In this document: in pieces, positions 27,155 to 36,022 of the stretch
Layout of the letters: each line of letters opens with the position of its first letter
How positions within the stretch are numbered: position 1 is the first letter of the stretch
Origin: Mycobacterium sp.
Lineage (GTDB): Bacteria; Actinomycetota; Actinomycetes; Mycobacteriales; Mycobacteriaceae
Assembly: GCA_032159775.1 (NCBI GenBank)
Contig: JAVHWK010000018.1
Length of the DNA stretch: 64,000 nt
Strand: one strand, 5' to 3'
Notes under the pieces: generated by a model
What the model was told of the DNA's origin: nothing
Databases searched by the model: none
What the model saw: only the letters and a program-made list of their open reading frames with translations
Position numbers and translations under genes: made by a program

Positions 27155-29353
27155 TCAATCCATCGTCGCAGGCGGCGTGGAATCGACGTGCCGGAGGCGC
27201 AAGGCAATAACGCAGACGTCGTCTTGGCGTGGCGGCGCCGCCAGCGTTTCCGTGAGTTGCCTGCAGCCGTGCGACAACTCGATCTCCGATCGCCAGCCCG
27301 CTAACAGGCGCTGTGCCTGCGAGATGCCCGTCTCGATGTCCCGACCGCGGCGCTCGACCAGGCCGTCGGTGTACAACAGCAGAATGTCGCCGGGCTCGAG
27401 CCTCACCTCGCCCGCGGTGTAGGTGGCGTCGCGGATCGGCCCCATCACCGGGCCGTCGGCGTCGAGAAGTCGCACGACTTTGCCGTCGCGCGAGCGACGC
27501 AGCAGGACCGGTGGATGGCCCGCCAGGCCGTACGACAGAGCGCTGGTAAGTGGATCGAAGATGGCGACGGCCATGGTGGCGAACCGTCCATGGCTGGCGT
27601 GGGCGGTGAAGATGTTGAGCTCGGCGAGCAGGCGCGCAGGCGGCAACCCCTGCAGGGCCATCGCGCGCCCTGCGCTACGCAGTTGCGCCATGTCTTCGAC
27701 GGCCGGCAAGCCGTGTCCGACAACGTCACCCACCGCAATGTAGGTCCGCCGCTTCGGCAACGCCATCACGTCATACCAGTCGCCCCCGAGCCCATGCTCG
27801 GCGTCTGCCGGTTCGTAGCAAACGGCGAGGTCCAGTTCGGCGATCTCAGCCGGCTCGGTGGGCAGGACCGCCGCCTGCAACACCGCGGCACGGGCGTGCT
27901 CGTCGGCATATATCTGCGCACGCACCAAGGCCTGCTCGACCATGGTGGCGACCGCAGAGATGTACGCCAACTGCGCGACATCGAGTGGTTGCGGTCGTGT
28001 CCACATCATCCCGAGGACGCCGATCTGCCTGCCGCCGGCAGTCAGCGGCCAGTTCACCAGCGCCTCTGCGTCCGTCAGCGTCATCAAGTCCGCACTGTCG
28101 GGATACCGCAGGCGATATTCCACGGGGCTGCCTATCACCACGGGTCGCCCTGAGAGCACCGCCTCGGTGGCGGCGGTGTGGTCGTCGAGTGGAATTCCCG
28201 CGGCGAATCTGTCGTGCGCAAGTTGGGGGTAACCCGCCGTCTTCACCCACTCGAGCCGAGATCCGTCGGCGCTCGCCAGGCCAAGGGCCACCGCTTGCGA
28301 CCCCGCGTCGTTGAGAAGCTCGCTGACGACCGCGTCGCCGATGTGGTTCGGTGTCAACGCAGCCGACAACCGCTGCGCCAGTTGCGCAAGGGTTTGCAGT
28401 CGGCCGCGTTCACGGCGTTCGGCTTGTCCTTGTCTGACCGCCGCAATGCGTCCGGCGGCTTCCTGGGCGATCAGCATGGCGACGAGCACGATGACTGCGA
28501 TGAACATCTGATTCACCGCTAGCCGGGCCGGCTCCGCAAGGTTCATCCCCGCGAAAAAGCCGCGCCCCGAGCCCGCCATGTAGTTGACGGTGAAGGCCAG
28601 TACCACGCCGGCGACCGCGGCACCGATCACATCGAGACGAAATGCCGCCCATGCCATCACCGGCAGCAGCAGGAACGTCGGTGGCGCCTGCCACCAGAAT
28701 GCCGTCAGTGCCAGCACCGCGGTGCCGGCGACCACCAAAGCCGTTTCTGCAATACGAGCTCGCAAGATGTGAGATTGAATGGGCCACAGGAGAATCGGTG
28801 CTCCCACCACGAGAACGCCGATTCCGTCGCCTGCCCACCAGTGCACGGCCGCAGTAGGCCATGAGGTGTCCGTTGACGCGGCACTGACCGCACCGCCGAT
28901 CAACCCGCCGACCAGCGGCCCGGCCAGGCACGCGGCGGCGACGAATTTGGCCAGGTCTGCGCGCGCCCGAAGGTCGGGCGCCCCGTTGCACCAAGCCAAG
29001 ACCAGCGACGCCCCGACGACGGGCTCCACCGAGTTGGCCAATGCGTATCCTGCCGCAGCTCCTACGCCGACGCCGTAGTAAAGATCGACGGCCAACTCCG
29101 CGACGACTATCGCGAGGATGACGGCCGCCCATCGCGGTCGCGGTGTCAGCAGCATCGCCGCCACTGTCACGCCGGCAGGCGGAAAGAACGCAGGATCTAC
29201 CCCGGCGCCGAACGACTGCCACGACAGCACCGCACCCACCAGGTACGTCAGCGCCACACAGGCGAACAGCCCGGCCGCCGACCGCCAACCCACGCGACTG
29301 CCCGGGCGCACGCTGCCACGCGACCTGCCAGAGGCGACCGGGTTCCAGGACAC
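27155..29353 (-). CDS. MASE1 - GAF - PP2C (SpoIIE-type) membrane protein phosphatase
   Basis: About 300 aa of multi-TM MASE1-like N-terminus, a central GAF-like region, and a C-terminal PP2C/SpoIIE domain (GGDWYDV...VGDVVGHG...LLLYTDGLVE). Confidence 0.8.
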   Translation of the reverse strand: MSWNPVASGRSRGSVRPGSRVGWRSAAGLFACVALTYLVGAVLSWQSFGAGVDPAFFPPAGVTVAAMLLTPRPRWAAVILAIVVAELAVDLYYGVGVGAAAGYALANSVEPVVGASLVLAWCNGAPDLRARADLAKFVAAACLAGPLVGGLIGGAVSAASTDTSWPTAAVHWWAGDGIGVLVVGAPILLWPIQSHILRARIAETALVVAGTAVLALTAFWWQAPPTFLLLPVMAWAAFRLDVIGAAVAGVVLAFTVNYMAGSGRGFFAGMNLAEPARLAVNQMFIAVIVLVAMLIAQEAAGRIAAVRQGQAERRERGRLQTLAQLAQRLSAALTPNHIGDAVVSELLNDAGSQAVALGLASADGSRLEWVKTAGYPQLAHDRFAAGIPLDDHTAATEAVLSGRPVVIGSPVEYRLRYPDSADLMTLTDAEALVNWPLTAGGRQIGVLGMMWTRPQPLDVAQLAYISAVATMVEQALVRAQIYADEHARAAVLQAAVLPTEPAEIAELDLAVCYEPADAEHGLGGDWYDVMALPKRRTYIAVGDVVGHGLPAVEDMAQLRSAGRAMALQGLPPARLLAELNIFTAHASHGRFATMAVAIFDPLTSALSYGLAGHPPVLLRRSRDGKVVRLLDADGPVMGPIRDATYTAGEVRLEPGDILLLYTDGLVERRGRDIETGISQAQRLLAGWRSEIELSHGCRQLTETLAAPPRQDDVCVIALRLRHVDSTPPATMD

Positions 29354-29395
29354 CCTCGTGAGGTTATCGACACCGTCGTTGTTGCTGCGCGAGTT

Positions 29396-30595
29396 CTACA
29401 AACCGATCGGCAGACCCGTGTAGTTCTCCGCCAAGCCCGTGGCGCCCGCCACGCTCGAGGTGACCCAACGCAGTTGGGAAAGCGCAAGCTGCTCGTCGAA
29501 CGGATCCTCGCCGCGATGCAGCATCGTGGTCATCCACCAGGAGAAGTGGGTGCACCGCCAGACTCGGCGCAGCGCGGTGTCGGAGTAGCTGTCGGCGAGC
29601 CGGTGGTCGTCATTGCGAATCAGCTCGGTCAGCGCGGGAGCGAGCAGGGCGATGTCGGCCACCGCGAGGTTGAGGCCCTTGGCGCCAGTTGGCGGGACGA
29701 TGTGGGCGGCGTCGCCGGCCAGAAAAAGCCGGCCGTGCCGCATCGGGCTTTGCACGAACGACCGCATCGGCAACACGCTCTTGTCGGTGATCGGGCCGGT
29801 GACGAGCTCCCAGCCGTACTGGCCGTGCCCCAATCGAGCCGCCAGTGCTTCCCAGATCCGGTCGTCGGACCAGTCGGGTTCGGTGTCGTTCGGCACCTGC
29901 AGATAGAACCGGGAAACCGACGCGGACCGCATGGAATGCAAGGCGAACCCGTCGCCGTGCCAGGCATAGATCAGCTCGTCGGTCGACGGGGCGACGTCGG
30001 CGAGGATCCCGAGCCACGAATACGGGTAGACCCTTTCCCAGTGGCGACGGACATCCATGGGAACGTGCTCGCGACTCGGCCCGAATGACCCGTCACAGCC
30101 GACGACGACTTCCGCTCTGACCACGCGCTCGCGCCCGTCGGTGTCGGTGAATGACACGCAGGGGCGGTCGGTCTCGACGTCGTGCAGTGCGGTTTCGGCG
30201 ATCTCGTAGTGGATCTCCTGGCCGGCCGCAGCCCGGGCCTCGATCAGGTCCTTCTGCACCTCCGTCTGTCCGTACACACACACCGATCGGTCGGTCAGCT
30301 CGACGAAGTCGATGTGGTGGCGATGGCCGGGCCACTGCAGGTAGATGCCGCGGTGTCGGTCACCCTCGCGGTCCAGACGCTCGCCGAGCCCGCAGCTCCG
30401 CAGCAGGTCGACCGTGGACTGTTCGAGAATGCCCGCCCGGATCCGGGACGCGACGTATTCCTGCGAGCGAGTTTCCAGAACTATCGACTCAACGCCGTCC
30501 GCGGCGAGCAGGTGCGACAGGAGCATTCCGGCGGGACCTGCCCCGATGATCGCCACCTGGGTCTGCACGTCCGCGCCGGCCATGGAGTCAGTCAC
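29396..30595 (-). CDS. pobA: 4-hydroxybenzoate 3-monooxygenase
   Basis: QVAIIGAGPAGMLLSHLL, RIRAGILEQ, GCDGSFG, LFLAGDAAHIVPPTGAKGLNLA and a C-terminal LAENYTGLP are PobA hallmarks. Confidence 0.9.
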   Translation of the reverse strand: MTDSMAGADVQTQVAIIGAGPAGMLLSHLLAADGVESIVLETRSQEYVASRIRAGILEQSTVDLLRSCGLGERLDREGDRHRGIYLQWPGHRHHIDFVELTDRSVCVYGQTEVQKDLIEARAAAGQEIHYEIAETALHDVETDRPCVSFTDTDGRERVVRAEVVVGCDGSFGPSREHVPMDVRRHWERVYPYSWLGILADVAPSTDELIYAWHGDGFALHSMRSASVSRFYLQVPNDTEPDWSDDRIWEALAARLGHGQYGWELVTGPITDKSVLPMRSFVQSPMRHGRLFLAGDAAHIVPPTGAKGLNLAVADIALLAPALTELIRNDDHRLADSYSDTALRRVWRCTHFSWWMTTMLHRGEDPFDEQLALSQLRWVTSSVAGATGLAENYTGLPIGL

Positions 30596-31838
30596 TATCC
30601 GGTGAGTGCGCCGGAACCGCGGCCAGAGTGATCACGGCAAGGATGGCCGCCATCGTGAAGGCGTAGAAACCCCACGGATAGGCGGCCCCGGCCGTCACCA
30701 GCGCGCCGCCGAGGGTGGGGCCGACGATCGCGCCCACCCGTCCGACCCCGGCCGCCACGCCCAGCGCGGTGCCGCGGATCTCGGAAGGGTAGAGGTGGCC
30801 GACGAACGCGTACACGAGCACCTGGGCGCTGAAGACGAAGATGCCCGTCAGCAGGACCGCGGCGTACACGAGAAGTCGGTTTTCCAGCCTGATCGACAGC
30901 AGCGCCAGGAAGACCGCGGCAAGTCCGAACCAGGCGAGGACGGCAGGCTTGTTGCCGCGGGTGTCGGCGATGTGGCCCGCGACGAGCAGGCCGATCACCG
31001 CCCCGACGTTGAGCACCAGGATCAGGGTGGTGCCCTGCTGAATCGAATAGCCGGCGTCGCGCATGATCGTCGGCAGCCAGGTGTTCAGCCCGTACACGAG
31101 CAGCAGACCCATGAACGACGCCACGCACAGCCCGATACTGATGCGAAGGTAACGGCCCTTGACGACCGCGGCGCTGCGGGCGAGGGTGCCGCCCTCGGAG
31201 TCGTCGCTGCGCTCGACCGCACGGAGGTACGCCGCGGACTCGGGAAGCTTGGCCCACATGAATGGGAGCGTCAGCAAGCCCAGTGCGCCACCGACCACGA
31301 ACATCGACCGCCAGCCGTAGTCCTCGACGAGCCACAACGCCAGCAACGCGGAGAGCACGGCCCCGACGTGGTAGCCGGTCATCATCCGGGTGATGGCAGA
31401 ACCGCTGCGGCCGGTCGGCGCGTGCTCGCTCATGAACGTCAGAGCGGTCGGCAGACAGCCGCCAAGGCCGAGCCCGGCCAGGAAACGGAAGGTCGTGAAC
31501 TGACCAACGCCTTGCGCAAGGCCGGTTGCGATCGTGAAAAGCGAGAAGAGGGCCACGCTGGTGATCAGGGTGTGGCGCCGACCGAACCGGTCGGTCAGCG
31601 GCCCGATCATCACGGCGCCGACGCCCATGCCGACCAAGCCCAGCGTGGAGGCCGTGGTGACAGTCGGACCGGTGAAGCCGAGCGCCCCGTTCTCGAGGAG
31701 GGTCGGAATGACGACGCCGAGGACGACGAGGTCGTAGCCGTCGAGCGCGACCGCTACCCAGCAGAGCAGAACGGGCCAGATGCCGGCCGCCCGAGATGTG
31801 TCACCGGTTTGCGCGGCCCGCGGTAGTTGCATGGACAT
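30588..31838 (-). CDS. MFS aromatic-acid:H+ symporter (PcaK/4-hydroxybenzoate transporter-like)
   Basis: 12-TM MFS with ALDGYDLVVLGV and DRFGRR motifs. Its end overlaps the pobA start by 8 bp. ATG 31838 (MSMQLPR) with an AGGGGG SD is preferred over the track start 31913. Confidence 0.8.
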   Translation of the reverse strand: MSMQLPRAAQTGDTSRAAGIWPVLLCWVAVALDGYDLVVLGVVIPTLLENGALGFTGPTVTTASTLGLVGMGVGAVMIGPLTDRFGRRHTLITSVALFSLFTIATGLAQGVGQFTTFRFLAGLGLGGCLPTALTFMSEHAPTGRSGSAITRMMTGYHVGAVLSALLALWLVEDYGWRSMFVVGGALGLLTLPFMWAKLPESAAYLRAVERSDDSEGGTLARSAAVVKGRYLRISIGLCVASFMGLLLVYGLNTWLPTIMRDAGYSIQQGTTLILVLNVGAVIGLLVAGHIADTRGNKPAVLAWFGLAAVFLALLSIRLENRLLVYAAVLLTGIFVFSAQVLVYAFVGHLYPSEIRGTALGVAAGVGRVGAIVGPTLGGALVTAGAAYPWGFYAFTMAAILAVITLAAVPAHSPDSD

Positions 31839-31914
31839 CGAATTGCCCCCTGCTGAGCGTCGACGGGAAACGGATTGCCGCGCGCGCCGATATTCACACC
31901 TGCGGGTCAGCATT

Positions 31915-31924
31915 CGAATATTCG
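31915..31924. promoter_or_regulatory. Perfect 10-bp palindrome CGAATATTCG upstream of pcaK-pobA
   Basis: Read directly from the sequence; it lies about 77 bp upstream of the preferred pcaK-like start. Confidence 0.3.
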
Positions 31925-32074
31925 CCGTCCTGCGGACAGAAGAGAATGCGACGGCTACGGCGACCAGTAATTCGCTGGTCGGGCGGCGGGACTAACGCTC
32001 AAAGGAACGATGCGTCCGCAGATGCCATGCCCGGTCAAATTGTCCGGCGTCCCCCGCCGACCATGAGCAGCGTT

Positions 32075-32458
32075 CTAGGCCAACACGAATTGGAGAGTCG
32101 TCGGGACGGCCGGGCAGGTGATGGTAAGGGCCCGAGAGGTGTTGTCAAGCGCTATCGGGCAGGCTCCGAAGCCGTTGTCCGGTTGGGTGCCGGTCCAGGT
32201 GTTGCCCTGCAGGTGCAGATCGGTTGACCACGGGTTGGGCACGCGCGGAGCCGCGATCGTCGTGCAATCCGCACCGCATGGGGTGAACGTCACGTCCATC
32301 GCATTCCCCGGGCTCGCCTTGTCCCAAGCCGGGTTGACGTCGGTGATCGTCGCGAGGAAGGAACCGCTGAGCGGTTCTGCCGACGCCGGGCCAGCTAGCC
32401 CGACCGCAGCCCCAGCGAATACCACCCCGACGGCAAGTCCGCGAGCAAAAGTGATCAT
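32075..32458 (-). CDS. Small secreted protein, 4 Cys, function unknown
   Basis: ATG 32458 has a GGAGGG SD. MITFARGLAVGVVFAGAAVGLAGPASA is a signal peptide. Confidence 0.7.
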   Translation of the reverse strand: MITFARGLAVGVVFAGAAVGLAGPASAEPLSGSFLATITDVNPAWDKASPGNAMDVTFTPCGADCTTIAAPRVPNPWSTDLHLQGNTWTGTQPDNGFGACPIALDNTSRALTITCPAVPTTLQFVLA

Positions 32459-32601
32459 GATGTGAGTCCCTCCGTTGTTCCGCTCCGCACGGTCGCTAAT
32501 CACATAGACATTCGCTGAGGTGTCGACAGCGGGCACGCGTAGCGCACTACCCCACGGCACTCGGCGGCGACGTTACGAAAGACGATGAGTCAAGGCGACA
32601 G

Positions 32602-32826
32602 CTAGCGCACGGGCGCGCAGTTCTGGTCGCCGAGTTCTCGAACGACGTCGCCGAGCTCCGAGCGTCGCGCGACGCCCGCTTTGCAGCTGGCCCGGTAGAT
32701 GTGACCTTCGACGGTGCGCACCGAGAGCGACACCGCTTCGGCAATCTCCTTGTTGCTGAAGCCACGGGCCACCAGCAAGGCGATCTCGTGCTCGCGACGG
32801 GTCATCGGAACTGTCAGGCGTGCCAT
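32602..32826 (-). CDS. Stand-alone LuxR/GerE-type HTH transcription regulator (74 aa)
   Basis: TRREHEIALLVARGFSNKEIAEAVSLSVRTVEGHIYRA is the canonical GerE HTH. Confidence 0.8.
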   Translation of the reverse strand: MARLTVPMTRREHEIALLVARGFSNKEIAEAVSLSVRTVEGHIYRASCKAGVARRSELGDVVRELGDQNCAPVR

Positions 32827-32908
32827 ACCGGGCCGGACTACCTGTTTATTCCGGTCGCAGGCACCGACTACCTAGAAACCATGCCCCATCGGCTTCGCGG
32901 AGTTCGCG

Positions 32909-33739
32909 TTATCCGCCAGGGGCCGGGGCCGGTGAAGACGTTGTGGTGGTCACCGACGTCGACGGACTCGTGGTGGTGGTCGCACTGGTCGATGACGGCG
33001 TCGACGTCGCGGTGGCACTGGTTGTGGGAGGCGCAGCGGGAACACCGGTTGTCTCCGTCACCGTCGACGTGCTGGTCGAGACCGAAGTCGAGGCCGCAGC
33101 GGATGCGGGGGCGAGAACAGCGCATGCCACCCGTCCACCAGAGTCGCCGGTCGCCATTGTCTCGGCGTCGGGGCCGGGCACACCGTCATGCGTGTACCGC
33201 TGCGGAATGTTGGCGAAGTTGTCCGGACCCTCGTGAATGATCAGCGCGCTTCCCTGCGGACCCTTCAAGTCATCAGCGGTGAACGCGTCGGTCGTCGCGA
33301 CGACCTTGCCGGAACCGTCGGAGCGGATGTTCATCGGTGTCAGGTCGCCGCTCGCCGGATGTTCGGTGCGCCCTCCGACCTGTAGATGGCCGCCGGCCGA
33401 GTTGAAATCCCCAGCCGAACCGCCGGTCGGGGCGACCGAGTTCGCCTCGCACTTGCCCACAGAATGGATGTGCATTCCGTGGCTGCCCGGTGAAAGCTTG
33501 TTGTTTCCGGTCGTGTCGACCGTCACGGTCGCGAACCCGTCGGTGAAATCGATGGTGGCATTAGCAACCGCCGTACCATCGGCCGTTTTCAACTCGGCTT
33601 TGATGGTTTGCGAGCCGGCTTCGGATGTCGTCGATGATTCAGCGGCCTGATCGTCACCCGTCTGACTGTTGCCACACCCCGCCAAGACGGCGATTGGTGC
33701 AGCGAGCATGGCGACGGCGGCGGTTGTGCGGTTCAACAT
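32909..33739 (-). CDS. sodC: Cu,Zn superoxide dismutase lipoprotein with a ~70-aa Thr/Ser/Pro-rich C-terminal extension
   Basis: ATG 33739 ([23 protein letters not shown] lipobox). [17 protein letters not shown] and [11 protein letters not shown] are Cu,Zn-SOD motifs. The tail reads ...[60 protein letters not shown]. The upstream part of the 416-aa track ORF is rejected. Confidence 0.9.
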   Translation of the reverse strand: MLNRTTAAVAMLAAPIAVLAGCGNSQTGDDQAAESSTTSEAGSQTIKAELKTADGTAVANATIDFTDGFATVTVDTTGNNKLSPGSHGMHIHSVGKCEANSVAPTGGSAGDFNSAGGHLQVGGRTEHPASGDLTPMNIRSDGSGKVVATTDAFTADDLKGPQGSALIIHEGPDNFANIPQRYTHDGVPGPDAETMATGDSGGRVACAVLAPASAAASTSVSTSTSTVTETTGVPAAPPTTSATATSTPSSTSATTTTSPSTSVTTTTSSPAPAPGG

Positions 33740-33922
33740 CACCGTCGGGTACCCGCAGATTTGAATACCTACCCTCGGGCGCCGCAACGGCCATGTGGAC
33801 GCGATGGGCAAGACGTCATCATGTCGTAACTGCCGTTTCAGGGTTCGAATCGCGTCGTTCGGGGAACAGCGTGGGCACTCGCGGCGTTGCCTCGACGACG
33901 GACCTGAAAGGGAGGATCCCTC

Positions 33923-34216
33923 ATGGCTACGGACTATGACGCCCCACGTACGAAGAACGCCGATGACACCGCTGACGAGTCGCTCGAGGAACTGGCCGCC
34001 ACTCGGCGGGCTGCGGTCGACACGGCGGTGATCGACGAAGACGAGGCGGTTGATTCGTTCGACCTGCCCGACCCGGACATCGCCGAGGAACTGTCCGTTC
34101 GCATCATTCCCCGGCAGGCGAACGAATTCACCTGCTCGTCGTGCTTCCTGGTGCAGCACCGCAACCGGATTGCGCTTCAGCGCGGCGACCAGCAGGTGTG
34201 CATCGATTGCGTGTGA
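33923..34216 (+). CDS. DUF4193-family protein
   Basis: [15 protein letters not shown]... acidic N-terminus and a C-terminal [16 protein letters not shown]...CIDC Zn-ribbon-like motif, typical of actinobacterial DUF4193. Confidence 0.85.
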   Translation: MATDYDAPRTKNADDTADESLEELAATRRAAVDTAVIDEDEAVDSFDLPDPDIAEELSVRIIPRQANEFTCSSCFLVQHRNRIALQRGDQQVCIDCV

Positions 34217-34228
34217 CGATCGACCGCA

Positions 34229-35160
34229 TCAACGTCTGAGGCGCCACCGCGTGACGCCGGCGAATAGCATGGCAAGCACTCCCAACATGGCCATGTTCCC
34301 TTGCCACGCCGACGAGGCGTGCTGCCAATGCGAATCGTTCGCAATCCCCGCGACGAGGTTGGTCAGATCGGCCGCCGACGCATTTGCCGCGAAGCCCCAT
34401 CGTCCCGGCGTGAGCCAGGCAAGGGCCTCCATCAGCGGTCGGTCCGTCACCGGGATGAAGCCGCCCGCGAGCACCAGTTGCGCCATCAGCGTCATCGCCA
34501 ACAACACGATGACCTGATCGCCGGTCCGCGCCACAGCCGAACCCGCAAGCCCCAAACGACGGCCGCTACGCCCGTCGCCGCGACACCGACGAACAACTCG
34601 AAGATCGGGCTGCCCAAAACCACTGCATGCGACGGGCCCGGCTTGCCGATCGCAGGCGCCGTGACGATCAGAACCAGGATCGCAGATTGAACCACGGCGA
34701 CCGCGCTGAAGACGATCGTCTTCGCGAGCAGGTATGCCGACGCCGACAAGCCCGCCGCCTGTTCGCGACGGAAGACAGTGCGTTCGCCGACCAGGTCGCG
34801 GACGGTGAGTGTGGTTCCCATCAGGATCGCCGCGAAGCTTGTCAGCGCGACGATGTGCTTGGCTTCGAATGGTGGTGCGCCAAGCGATGGCATGTGGCTC
34901 ACGCCTGCGTGGCCGGTGACCGTCAGCGGCAGCAGACCGACGATGAACGGCAACAAAGCGAGAAAGGCGACATAGCCGCGGTTGGCCATGAGCAGGCGGA
35001 CCTGGCGACGTGCGACCGTCGACCCTTGGCGCCTCACTCCTGCACGTCCCGGTTCGACCTTCGGCGCAGCGGACGCGACACGGAACACCGTGTCCGCGGC
35101 ATCAACGGGGGGTGTCGCGGAGCGCAGGCGTGCGGTGTTTTTCCAACGCGGCCCGGTCAA
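34229..35160 (-). pseudogene. ABC-2-type transporter permease remnant: no ATPase domain, 1-nt frameshift near 34550
   Basis: Track ORFs 34492..35160 and 34229..34555 together give a continuous ABC-2 permease (...ELFVGVAATGVAAVVWGL | AGSAVARTGDQVIVLLAMTLMAQLVLAGGFIPV...). The DNA reads tggggcttgcgggttcg where tgg ggc ttg Gcg ggt tcg would restore the frame. Confidence 0.7.
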
Positions 35161-35486
35161 CGCCGGATTGGCCGGGCCCCCCGAAGTTGATGAACAGGGT
35201 TCGAATCCTCTTGCGAGGATCCGGCGCGGTAAGTTTGATCAACGCGAGAGTTATTTGTGCGTCACGCGGGCGGTATAGCCCAAGGGAATTGAGCTGTCGC
35301 GCAATCGAATCCATCAGCACACTCGACCCAGTCCAATGTGGGGGTGTCCGCCGCTTCGGCGAGCTGATCGACATGGGTGTCAGGCGCAGTGGTGTCGGCG
35401 GTGGTGGGCGCGGGCAACCCCGTCCCTGCTGCGGCCATGATGGCCACCGCCAGCAGGATTGCGCGACGTGAGCGAGATGAGTTCAC
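35102..35486 (-). pseudogene. N-terminal ~110-aa remnant of a Hip1/tripeptidyl-aminopeptidase-like secreted alpha/beta hydrolase, frameshifted
   Basis: Frame 1 reads RSRRAILLAVAIMAAAG...TLDWVECADGFDCATAQ. Frame 2 continues LNSLGLYRPRDAQITLALIKLTAPDPRKRIRTLFINFGGPGQSGVD, matching the W..C...CA..VPLDY...I.LA....GSL..NPGGPG.SG family pattern. The rest of the roughly 500-aa enzyme is missing. Confidence 0.55.
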
Positions 35487-35689
35487 TGGCTGCCAGCACT
35501 CGATGACGTGGCGCCGGAGGACGAATTCGAACCCGTCGGCTCTGTGGACTTGGCAGACGGGTCCGTGCCGCACGCTGCGACGTCCGTAAGAGCTGCGGCC
35601 GCGCCAGTTGCGCCGGTCACTACGAGTAGTTTACGGCGGTTGAAGGCCATAGCGCGCACTGTATAAGGGTTGAGAGGCCCAATTTTCAT
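35483..35689 (-). CDS. Short ORF with a Tat-like lipoprotein signal plus Ser-rich linker (possible gene fragment)
   Basis: MAFNRRKLLVVTGATGAAAALTDVAACG is a twin-Arg motif plus lipobox. The ORF stops after 68 aa, and its TGA overlaps the GTG of the hydrolase remnant (GTGA). Confidence 0.3.
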   Translation of the reverse strand: MKIGPLNPYTVRAMAFNRRKLLVVTGATGAAAALTDVAACGTDPSAKSTEPTGSNSSSGATSSSAGSQ

Positions 35690-36022
35690 GCTTCCCAGAT
35701 TGATTCATGTGTCCCACTGCGTCGTCTCGCATGTTCAGTCTGTCGATATTTGGTCCGCCTCTCGACGAGAAGTCGATCGGAATTCGTTGGAGTAAAATGC
35801 AATTCGTCTGTGCTGCCGGCTACAGCGGGACAAGAAGCCCGCGAATTTCTTCATGCCTCGCCATTTTGGTGGGTAGAGGGCGGCCTGCACGTGTGTCCGT
35901 CGAAAGCCGGCAAGACAACCTCGACATTCGGCTCCACTCGGGGAGCGGTCGTGACAAGATTTTCACGCACCGCGATCCGGCCGAACGGTCGTGGGTCCAA
36001 AGCCAGCGCAAAGGACCTTATT

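Noticed and set aside
35197-35215. GGGTTCGAATCC, a near-perfect tRNA T-loop consensus on the plus strand
   Set aside because: The flanking bases do not form a T stem (only 3 of 5 pairs) or an acceptor stem. The sequence is explained as minus-strand coding for the conserved RIRTLFINFGGPG box of the hydrolase remnant.
35505-35545. The minus-strand sequence GACGGGTTCGAATTCGTCCTCCGGCGCCA, resembling a T arm plus a CCA end
   Set aside because: The stem does not pair (ACGGG versus TCGTC). It lies within the Ser-rich coding part of ORF 35483..35689, so it is most likely coincidental.
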